Below the pieces are notes generated by a model. The model had not been told where the DNA came from, searched no databases, and saw only the letters and a list, made by a program, of their open reading frames with translations. A DNA stretch of 64,000 nt, from contig SVRN01000006.1 of NCBI GenBank assembly GCA_015064805.1, positions 16,216 to 80,215 of the forward strand, read 5' to 3'. The position numbers were made by a program, and so were the translations under genes. The DNA comes from Oscillospiraceae bacterium. GTDB taxonomy: Bacteria > Bacillota > Clostridia > Oscillospirales > CAG-272. This document shows positions 56,970 through 64,000 of this stretch, piece by piece. Numbering within the stretch: the stretch's first letter is position 1; each line of letters opens with the position of its first letter.

Positions 56970-59195
56970 ATGAAAAAGTTTCTTTGCCTATTGCTTGCCA
57001 TTTTGATGTGTTCCTCTCTGTTCGTCGCCTGCAAGCCGACACCTACTCCCACGCCTCCCGAGGACGAGAACAAGGATACTCCTCAGGACACCGTTCCCCC
57101 CGCCGAGCGTCTTTATCTGAGCGGCACCGTCGGTGACGTCGTTCACGAGACGCAGATCATTCGCGGCGACAAGTTAGGCGCACAGACCAACGAGGTCAAG
57201 TGTGCCGTCGAGCTGATGAAGGCCATCCGCGAAGCGATGGGAATCGAGATTACCATCGGCACCGACTACAGCGGTCCTTACGGAACGCCCGTTTTGGACT
57301 GCGAAATTCTGATCGGCGACACCGAGCGTCCCGAAAGTGCGCAGGCATTGGAAAAGTTGAATGCCACCGATAAAAAAACGGATTATCTGATCTGTGCGAT
57401 CGGTAAGAAGATCTGCATCGTCGCCAAAAACGACCGCGGTCTTCAAATGGCGGTCGACACCTTTATCAGCAAACATCTTTATCAAAGCGACAGCGTGATA
57501 TACACGTCGCAAAAACTGGAGGTTACAGGTATGTTTACCGTTCCCGAAGGCGTATATTTCAAGGTTCCTGCCGCCGGAGGTGCTACTCACAAGGAGCGCT
57601 ACGACGAGTCCGTCGCAACGGCCTGTGTTCAGGGTATCATGAATCGTGAATCTCCAAACAAGGTGTACGTTGACTGCAACGCCGAAACGGCCGGCTGGCT
57701 GGAGGTTTTGAGCGAAGAAGGTCGTTGGCTGGAAGACGTCGAATGGCTGGAGCTGACCGGCTTTGAGGAGCTGCTCGCGTTCAGCAAGGCCTACATCAAG
57801 GCCGTCATCATCTGGGATCCGAACGTTCCTGCGACCGTCAACGTCGCCTGCACCATGGCAGGCGTTGAGGACGGCGTAGCCATGACGGAGGAAATGTTCA
57901 AACGCTACGAGCATCTTTTGAGCAACGATATCAAGCTTTTCGATCTGGTCGATAAGTTCGACGGCAGCGTGACGGGCAGTGCCAAAAACGACGCTTACCG
58001 CTGGGCCATTGAAAATTATCTGGCCAAGGGTCTTTGCTCGACCGAGTTCCTTTGCAGCTACATCGACTCCTACTCCTTCCGCGAGAAAGCAAATCTCTCT
58101 TACACCGTCGTGCGCGACTGGGGCGTCTATCAGCGCGCCTTCGTGTACGATCTCTCCCCTTGGGGCGACGAGGCTCCCCTGGACGATCCCAAGCAAAAAA
58201 TCGGTCTTGACCAGGAGACCCTCCTTATGATCTATGAAATCATGCTGGAGCAGACCAAGGACAAAGGTCCTTACGAAATTTGCGGCTTCTTTGAGCATCA
58301 GAAGTACAGCCAGGCAGGCAACAACTCCTCCTCGATCCACGGAACGGTAAAGACCGAGTGGGAATACGCCGCTCTGATGACCCCCTACAACGGCTTCCAC
58401 AACACCTGTATCGACGCGGCTTACAACGAAAGCTTCCACGGTATGTACGAAGGTGCGAAGGCGCTGGAAAACAACCGCCCTGACGAATACATCGATTTGG
58501 AAGAGGGCGTGGTTTATATTTGCTTCTTTATGGGTGACTACGACTCGACCCACCCCGTATACCGTTACCTCAAAACGGCCTGGGACGATCCCAGACGCGG
58601 TGAGATCCCCTTTGCCTGGGCGATCAACCCCAACCTGATCGATACCTATCCCGACCTGATCGAGTACTACTACGAGACTGCGACCCCCAACGACTATTTC
58701 GTATCCGACGCAAGTGCCGCAGGCTATTTTATGCCCAGCCGCGTGCCGGATGAGCTGTGGCCCTTGATAGCACAGCACAACGTCGAATATTTTGAGCGCA
58801 CCGACATGAGCATCGCTCCCATGGTACTGGACAATCAGGGCATGGACGCAGATGATCTGAAATGGATGATCAAGTTCGCAAAGGACGGCATCGCTACCGT
58901 TGCTCAGAATAAGACGTATCTGTACGAGGATACGGTGGTCACTGCCCTTCTGGGCGGTGGTTACGACCGCTACGATCCCGTGGTCGGCGCGCAGAACCTG
59001 GAAAAGGTTGTAAACACGCAGTTTGGCAAGACCAACAGCGGCGCATCCCTCAATCTGTTGCGTTGCGTATGGTCGACGCCGACGGTCATGTGTGAGATGG
59101 TGGAGAAATATCGAGAGGCCAATCCGGATAAGGAAGTGGTGGTCGTTGATATTTACAACTATTTTGAGCTGGTCCGTCAGGATCTGGAATGGTAA
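56970..59195 (+). CDS. lipoprotein of unknown function, paralog 2 (about 740 aa)
   Basis: MKKFLCLLLAILMCSSLFVACKPTPTPTPPEDE has a lipobox. AAAGGAGAA RBS. Shared blocks WDxNVPATVNVA, DAYRWAIENYL, YNGxHNTCI and DYDSThP with paralog 1. Confidence 0.8.
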   Translation: MKKFLCLLLAILMCSSLFVACKPTPTPTPPEDENKDTPQDTVPPAERLYLSGTVGDVVHETQIIRGDKLGAQTNEVKCAVELMKAIREAMGIEITIGTDYSGPYGTPVLDCEILIGDTERPESAQALEKLNATDKKTDYLICAIGKKICIVAKNDRGLQMAVDTFISKHLYQSDSVIYTSQKLEVTGMFTVPEGVYFKVPAAGGATHKERYDESVATACVQGIMNRESPNKVYVDCNAETAGWLEVLSEEGRWLEDVEWLELTGFEELLAFSKAYIKAVIIWDPNVPATVNVACTMAGVEDGVAMTEEMFKRYEHLLSNDIKLFDLVDKFDGSVTGSAKNDAYRWAIENYLAKGLCSTEFLCSYIDSYSFREKANLSYTVVRDWGVYQRAFVYDLSPWGDEAPLDDPKQKIGLDQETLLMIYEIMLEQTKDKGPYEICGFFEHQKYSQAGNNSSSIHGTVKTEWEYAALMTPYNGFHNTCIDAAYNESFHGMYEGAKALENNRPDEYIDLEEGVVYICFFMGDYDSTHPVYRYLKTAWDDPRRGEIPFAWAINPNLIDTYPDLIEYYYETATPNDYFVSDASAAGYFMPSRVPDELWPLIAQHNVEYFERTDMSIAPMVLDNQGMDADDLKWMIKFAKDGIATVAQNKTYLYEDTVVTALLGGGYDRYDPVVGAQNLEKVVNTQFGKTNSGASLNLLRCVWSTPTVMCEMVEKYREANPDKEVVVVDIYNYFELVRQDLEW

Positions 59196-59315
59196 TCATA
59201 CAAACATTCGGGCGCAGTCCATTGGGCTGCGTCCGTTTTTTGCAGGAGGTGGCGAGGCTCAAGGAGAAGTAGCGAAAATTTCGGATATCCTCCCTCCCTT
59301 CCCCGCCCCCCTCCC

Positions 59316-59344
59316 TTGACATCTTTTTTCTTTTGTGCTATACT
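59316..59344 (+). promoter_or_regulatory. sigmaA-type promoter for SPFH operon
   Basis: TTGACA(59316-59321), 17-nt spacer, TATACT(59339-59344). Preceded by the C-rich tract CTCCCTCCCTTCCCCGCCCCCCTCCC. Confidence 0.55.
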
Positions 59345-59428
59345 AAAATCAATCCGCAAGGACGTATCATTATCGTATAAATCAAATCTGAATTTCAAAT
59401 GCCGCGCAGCGGCGAAAGGAGTTATCAT

Positions 59429-60733
59429 ATGGGACTTATCAAAGCATTTTTCGGTGCCGCCAACAGCACCCTCGCCGATCAATGGAAGGAATTCTTCTAT
59501 TGCGATTCCATGGACAAAAACACCATGGTGACCAAGGGCCAGAAGCGCACGAGCGGCCGTTCGTCCAACCGCCGCGGAAGCGATAACGTCATTTCGAATG
59601 GCTCGGGTATCGCCGTCGCCGACGGTCAGTGCATGATCATCGTCGAGCAGGGCAAGGTCGTTGAGGTCTGCGCCGAGCCCGGTGAATACACCTACGACAC
59701 CTCCAGCGAGCCCAGCATCTTCGCCGGCTCGCTCGGCAAGAGCATTGCCGACTCCTTCAAAACCTTCGGCCGCCGCTTCACCTACGGCGGTGACACGGGC
59801 AAGGATCAGCGCGTGTACTATTTCAACACCAAGGAGCTGATCGACAATAAGTTTGGCACGCCCAACCCGATCCCCTTCCGCGTGGTCGACTCCCGCATCG
59901 GTCTTGACGTCGACGTATCGGTGCGTTGCTCGGGTCTGTATTCCTACAAGATCGACGACCCGATCTTGTTCTACGCCAACGTCTGCGGCAACGTCGAGCG
60001 CGACTATACCCGCGACGAGTTGGACTCTCAGCTCAAGGCCGAGTTCATCAGCGCGCTTCAGCCCGCCTTTGCCAAGCTGTCGGCGCTTGAAATGCGCCCC
60101 AATCAGATCGTCGCCCACACCACCGAGCTGGAGGCTGCCATGAACGAGGCGCTCTCTGCCAAGTGGAGCAATCTGCGCGGTCTTCGCGTAGTCAGCGTAG
60201 CGCTGGGATCCGTCACCTTGCCCGACGAGGACGCCGAGATGATCAAGACGCTACAAAAGAGTGCCGTTCTGCGCGACACCAACATGGCCGCCGCCACGCT
60301 GGTCGGTGCGCAGGCTGACGCAATGCGTGCCGCCGCCGCCAACGAAAACGGCGCGATGAACGGCTTCGTCGGCCTCGGCATGGCTACGGCTGCCGGCGGT
60401 GCCAACGCACAAAATCTGTTCGCGATGAATCCCAAGCAGCCCGACGCTCCCGCACCTGCCTCTGCCGCTGACACTTGGAAATGCAGCTGCGGCGCGACCG
60501 TGACGGGTAAGTTCTGCACCGAGTGCGGCGCCAAGCGCCCCGAGGCTGGCTGGACCTGCGCGTGCGGTCAGGTCAACAAGGGTAAATTCTGCTCCGAATG
60601 CGGTGCCAAGAAGCCTGCGGGCGCACCGCTGTACCGCTGTGACAAGTGCGGTTGGGAGCCCGAGGATCCCAAGAATCCGCCCAAATTCTGTCCCGAGTGC
60701 GGCGATCGCTTTGACGAGGCAGACGTCAAATAA
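59429..60733 (+). CDS. SPFH (band-7) domain protein with three C-terminal zinc-ribbon repeats
   Basis: N-terminal SPFH-like region, an Ala/Gly-rich linker, then WKCSCGATVTGKFCTECGAK / WTCACGQVNKGKFCSECGAK / YRCDKCGWEP...FCPECGD, which is 3x CxxC-n-CxxC. GAAAGGAG RBS. Confidence 0.8.
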   Translation: MGLIKAFFGAANSTLADQWKEFFYCDSMDKNTMVTKGQKRTSGRSSNRRGSDNVISNGSGIAVADGQCMIIVEQGKVVEVCAEPGEYTYDTSSEPSIFAGSLGKSIADSFKTFGRRFTYGGDTGKDQRVYYFNTKELIDNKFGTPNPIPFRVVDSRIGLDVDVSVRCSGLYSYKIDDPILFYANVCGNVERDYTRDELDSQLKAEFISALQPAFAKLSALEMRPNQIVAHTTELEAAMNEALSAKWSNLRGLRVVSVALGSVTLPDEDAEMIKTLQKSAVLRDTNMAAATLVGAQADAMRAAAANENGAMNGFVGLGMATAAGGANAQNLFAMNPKQPDAPAPASAADTWKCSCGATVTGKFCTECGAKRPEAGWTCACGQVNKGKFCSECGAKKPAGAPLYRCDKCGWEPEDPKNPPKFCPECGDRFDEADVK

Positions 60734-60756
60734 TTGCACGAAAGGATCCGTCTTAT

Positions 60757-61842
60757 ATGGCTGAATTATTGCAATACAAATGCCCCTCGTGCGGCGGAGC
60801 GATCGAATTTGACAGCAAGCTGCAAAAAATGAAGTGCCCTTATTGCGACACCGAGTTTGACCTGGAAACGCTCAAGGCCTACGACGAAGATCTCAAAGAC
60901 GTCGGCGAGGACGATCTCAGCTGGGAGAGCCACGCGGGCGGGGAGTGGAGCGAGGGCGAGGCGGACGGCATGCGCGTGTACGTGTGCGAGTCGTGCGGCG
61001 GTCAGATCGTCGGTGACGAGCATATGGCCGCAACCAAGTGCCCCTACTGCGACAACCCCGTCGTGGTCATGGGCAATCTCGCAGGCGAGCTGAAGCCCGA
61101 TTTCGTCATTCCCTTCCAGCTCGACAAGGAGGCCGCCAAGGAGGGACTGCGCAAGCATCTTTCCAAAAAGCGTCTGTTGCCCAAGGTATTCAAGACCGAG
61201 CATCACATCGACGAGATCCGCGGCGTGTACGTGCCCTTCTGGCTGTTCGACACCGACGCGGACGCCAAGCTACGTTACCGCGGCACTCGCGTGCGAAGTT
61301 GGAGCGACGCCAATTATTACTACACCGAAACGCGCTACTATTCCATCCACCGCGCGGGATGCATCGCCTTTGACCGCATTCCCGTGGACGGATCGACCAA
61401 GATGGCAGACGATCTGATGGAATCGCTCGAGCCGTTTGATTTCTCCCAGGCCGTCGATTTTCAGACTGCCTATCTTGCGGGCTATCTCGCCGACAAATAC
61501 GACGTGTCGTCCGAGCAGAGCGTGGAGCGCGCCAACGCAAGAGTGCGCCAGAGCACCCGCGACGCCTTTGAGGCGACCATTCACGGCTATTCGAGTCTGA
61601 TCAACGAGCACTCCTCGATCCGTCTGCACGACGGAAGATCGCACTACGCCCTCTACCCCGTGTGGCTGTTCAATACCACCTACAAGGGTGAAACATACAC
61701 CTTCGCCATGAACGGGCAGACGGGCAAGTTCGTGGGCAATCTGCCGACCTGCTGGCCGACCTATTTCAAGTGGCTCGGCGGCCTGACCGCCGCCGTCGGC
61801 GCGGGCGTTCTGGCATTGTCCTACCTGCTCTGGCTGCTGTAA
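60757..61842 (+). CDS. zinc-ribbon domain membrane protein
   Basis: Two N-terminal zinc ribbons (YKCPSCGG...KCPYCDT and YVCESCGG...KCPYCDN), a central domain of unknown function, and a C-terminal TM (LGGLTAAVGAGVLALSYLLWLL). Confidence 0.7.
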   Translation: MAELLQYKCPSCGGAIEFDSKLQKMKCPYCDTEFDLETLKAYDEDLKDVGEDDLSWESHAGGEWSEGEADGMRVYVCESCGGQIVGDEHMAATKCPYCDNPVVVMGNLAGELKPDFVIPFQLDKEAAKEGLRKHLSKKRLLPKVFKTEHHIDEIRGVYVPFWLFDTDADAKLRYRGTRVRSWSDANYYYTETRYYSIHRAGCIAFDRIPVDGSTKMADDLMESLEPFDFSQAVDFQTAYLAGYLADKYDVSSEQSVERANARVRQSTRDAFEATIHGYSSLINEHSSIRLHDGRSHYALYPVWLFNTTYKGETYTFAMNGQTGKFVGNLPTCWPTYFKWLGGLTAAVGAGVLALSYLLWLL

Positions 61843-61854
61843 GGAGGTGCGGAC

Positions 61855-62628
61855 ATGAAGAACATAGTAAAAAAACTGATCTGCCTGACCGCAGCTCTGC
61901 TTTTGATCGTGGCACTCCCCTTGTCGGTCAGCGCACAGTCCACGCGCAACTCCTATTTCCGAGACGACGGTCACACGCTTGATAACCTGGTGGGCGTATG
62001 GACCGATGCTACGTTGAAGGAAATGAGCGAGCGGTTGCAGCTGACCGTTGCCATCGCCACCGTCGAAACCATCGACTATGAAGACATCGGCTACTATACC
62101 CAGCAATACTACAAAAAAGCAGGCTATCCGTATGCTGACGGCGTGCTGCTCCTCATCGCCATGGAGGAGCGCGAGTGGTACATCTACACCAAGGGCGACG
62201 CTTACGATTATCTGACCGATGCCGCGCTTGACGATATCGAGGACAGTATGCTCCCCTTCCTGCGCGAGAACGATTACGAGCAGGCGTTTATGAGTTATAT
62301 GCGCCTGTGCGACAAGTATCTGACCATGGGTCGGGAGGGCGAGATCTATCGCGGCTCCTTCCCTTGGGGACAGAATATCCTGCTCGCGCTTGTGATCGGC
62401 GCGGCGGTGGGACTGATCACCGTCAGCGTCATGCGCTCCAAGCTCAAGAGCGTGCGCCCTCGCCGCGAGGCACACGAGTACACCCGCCCCGGCAGCATGC
62501 AGCTGACCGCATCCCGCGATCTGTATCTGTACCGCACGGTGCATCGCCGTCCCAAGCCCAAGGACACGAGCAGCGGCGGACGCTCGGGCGGTGGTAGTCG
62601 CTCCGGCGGCCGCGGAGGACGGTTTTAA
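61855..62628 (+). CDS. TPM-domain protein (YgcG-like) with signal peptide, C-terminal TM and Gly/Arg-rich tail
   Basis: Signal peptide MKNIVKKLICLTAALLLIVALPLSVSA. TPM-like core. TM ILLALVIGAAVGLITVSVM. Tail SSGGRSGGGSRSGGRGGRF. Confidence 0.75.
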   Translation: MKNIVKKLICLTAALLLIVALPLSVSAQSTRNSYFRDDGHTLDNLVGVWTDATLKEMSERLQLTVAIATVETIDYEDIGYYTQQYYKKAGYPYADGVLLLIAMEEREWYIYTKGDAYDYLTDAALDDIEDSMLPFLRENDYEQAFMSYMRLCDKYLTMGREGEIYRGSFPWGQNILLALVIGAAVGLITVSVMRSKLKSVRPRREAHEYTRPGSMQLTASRDLYLYRTVHRRPKPKDTSSGGRSGGGSRSGGRGGRF

Positions 62629-62685
62629 CATAGAAAAAAGGCAACGTTGGGGTGCCTGCGATAAAGCAGGTTTTATAAATCCAAG

Positions 62686-62730
62686 AAGAATACCGCCGAG
62701 AGCGACCAAGGTTACTCTCGGCGGTATTCA
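62686..62730. terminator. bidirectional terminator hairpin
   Basis: GAATACCGCCGAGAG cgaccaaggtta CTCTCGGCGGTATTC. Confidence 0.6.
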
Positions 62731-62732
62731 TT

Positions 62733-64000
62733 TCACTTTTCTACACTCATCCAACAACCTTCCGCACCAATGCCATCCTCGGGAGGTGTTAATATGCCCT
62801 TTTTAATAAGACATTCAACAACTGCGTCAAGAATCGGCATACTTGCAAGGTTATTTGCCAATCTCCATTCTCCAAGAAGATAGTCGGGAACATATTTTTT
62901 GATAAGTTCTGCAACTTTTGCTGCAACAATTTCAGCATCGTCATCGAAATATCCATTCTGTAAAGCATTACTGATATCAAATAGTCTGTTTCTATCAGAA
63001 AGCGCATTTACAAGAATCTTAGTATAAAGCATATCTCCATCGCGATACAAATAGCCGCATTCAATAGCTTTGGCAGCGTGTTCTTTTTCTTTTTCAGAAA
63101 GCAACGTAATATCAAGACCTTCAATCGCACGAAGCGCAAGTTGAATCTTAGGCTCTTTAGAAACGTTTAGACCACAACTAAAGTGTTTCTTAATACGTGT
63201 GATATAGATATTATCAAGATGAACGTTAGAGAATCCGCACACGTTTTGCGCGTCAACGCCATCCCAACCGCCACCGTAATACTTACCGTTGTCCACATAT
63301 CCAAACACACTAAAAGGACGATCCGTTTTTTCAACATCAGCAAAATGATTTTTCTCTAATGCACATTGAACGCAGTACGAAAAGGCATCTGCAATATTGA
63401 ATACCTGCTGCCAAAGAATAAGATTCATATCAACTTTCTTGTTCAAATACGGGAAAGCAAGGTATTCTGCTTTATGTTCCTCAATATAGTTTGATATGGT
63501 CTCGCAGATCTTTGGCAACTGCTCTGTATAAATTGCATTTGCTTTTTCAAATACATCCTTATCAAGCAAGATGAAATTAAGCGCATATTTGCCGTTTTCC
63601 AAGCGACGAAGAAAACCGTACTTCCCGTTTTCACCTTTACGGAGGATTTCAAGTTCTTCTTCAACGTAAATGGTGGGAACGTTCAGTTCCTCTGCAATTT
63701 CAGAAGCACTCATCGGCTTCTTGTGGCAAAGCCACACGATATGATTTGAGAACATTCTCGTGCATACGTTACGAGGATCTCCCCATGCAGGACTACCTGT
63801 TCCCCAAATCACGTAATCAATTTTATCAAGTGCCACCGGCTTATTATAAGTTTCTCCCATTTCTTCTACCTCACTTTTGATCTTTTGTCTTGCCGAAAAT
63901 AGTCTCTGACGAACAGCACCTTCACTTGTTCCTTGTGCATTAGCTATCTGAGCCGTGGAAAGACCGTCTATGTAGAACATAATCATTACTTCTCGATATG
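62733..64000 (-). CDS. sigma-70 region-4 (HTH) domain fused to large C-terminal domain of unknown function; N-terminus probably beyond window end; AT-rich
   Basis: Visible protein begins MIMFYIDGLSTAQIANAQGTSEGAVRQRLFSARQKI, the C-terminal region 4.2 of an ECF-type sigma factor, followed by about 380 aa of unknown domain. The reading frame stays open to the window edge. GC is markedly lower than the neighbouring genes. Confidence 0.55.
   Translation of the reverse strand, partial: YREVMIMFYIDGLSTAQIANAQGTSEGAVRQRLFSARQKIKSEVEEMGETYNKPVALDKIDYVIWGTGSPAWGDPRNVCTRMFSNHIVWLCHKKPMSASEIAEELNVPTIYVEEELEILRKGENGKYGFLRRLENGKYALNFILLDKDVFEKANAIYTEQLPKICETISNYIEEHKAEYLAFPYLNKKVDMNLILWQQVFNIADAFSYCVQCALEKNHFADVEKTDRPFSVFGYVDNGKYYGGGWDGVDAQNVCGFSNVHLDNIYITRIKKHFSCGLNVSKEPKIQLALRAIEGLDITLLSEKEKEHAAKAIECGYLYRDGDMLYTKILVNALSDRNRLFDISNALQNGYFDDDAEIVAAKVAELIKKYVPDYLLGEWRLANNLASMPILDAVVECLIKKGILTPPEDGIGAEGCWMSVEK

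Noticed and set aside
57174-58778. 534-aa minus-strand ORF and 55150-56295 minus-strand ORF
   Set aside because: They are antisense to the two lipoprotein paralogs, which have lipobox signal peptides, RBSs and mutual homology.
1-64000. CRISPR arrays, integrases, transposases
   Set aside because: No short direct repeats with unique spacers were seen. No ORF carries recognisable integrase (R..HxxR..Y) or DDE transposase signatures. The repeats present are palindromic mosaics and tandem 255-bp units, not CRISPR-like.

Overview
This is a high-GC (about 60%) Firmicutes chromosome segment, probably a clostridial spore-former, since it carries an alpha/beta-type SASP gene. It has an encoded-CCA tRNA-Glu, a T-box-controlled tyrS, and AGGAGG-type ribosome-binding sites throughout. 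Most of the window is core metabolism and housekeeping. That includes lysS, mgsA and an SbcD/SbcC-like (YhaO/YhaN-type) nuclease/ATPase pair. It also includes rnmV, uppP, a U32 peptidase, aspS and two tandem D,D-carboxypeptidase paralogs followed by miaA. The yggS-sepF-yggT-ylmH division cluster, a GH38 alpha-mannosidase, tRNA-Val and a deoC-deoD-deoB / cdd-pdp nucleoside-catabolism cluster are present. The rpsF-ssb-rpsR operon, proB-proA-proC, a MarR/two-ABC-exporter operon and a MATE exporter complete the core set. Five accessory features stand out. (1) A three-gene operon of unknown proteins (10687-12450), one carrying an HCxxGxxRS (Cx5R) phosphatase P-loop, lies next to a tRNA-Glu locus whose neighbourhood is a tandemly duplicated ~255-bp unit with tRNA 3'-end fragments, resembling an integration hotspot. 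(2) An orphan XhlA-like plus class-II holin-like pair has no adjacent lysin. (3) A promoter-to-terminator operon encodes an SPFH protein with three C-terminal zinc ribbons, a zinc-ribbon membrane protein and a TPM-domain protein. (4) Two tandem paralogous ~750-aa lipoproteins of unknown function are present. (5) A mosaic family of palindrome-rich dispersed repeats occupies nearly every large intergenic region. No CRISPR array, integrase or transposase was seen. All coordinates and motifs were read by eye from the sequence and the ORF track. No database searches or tRNA/ncRNA scans were run.
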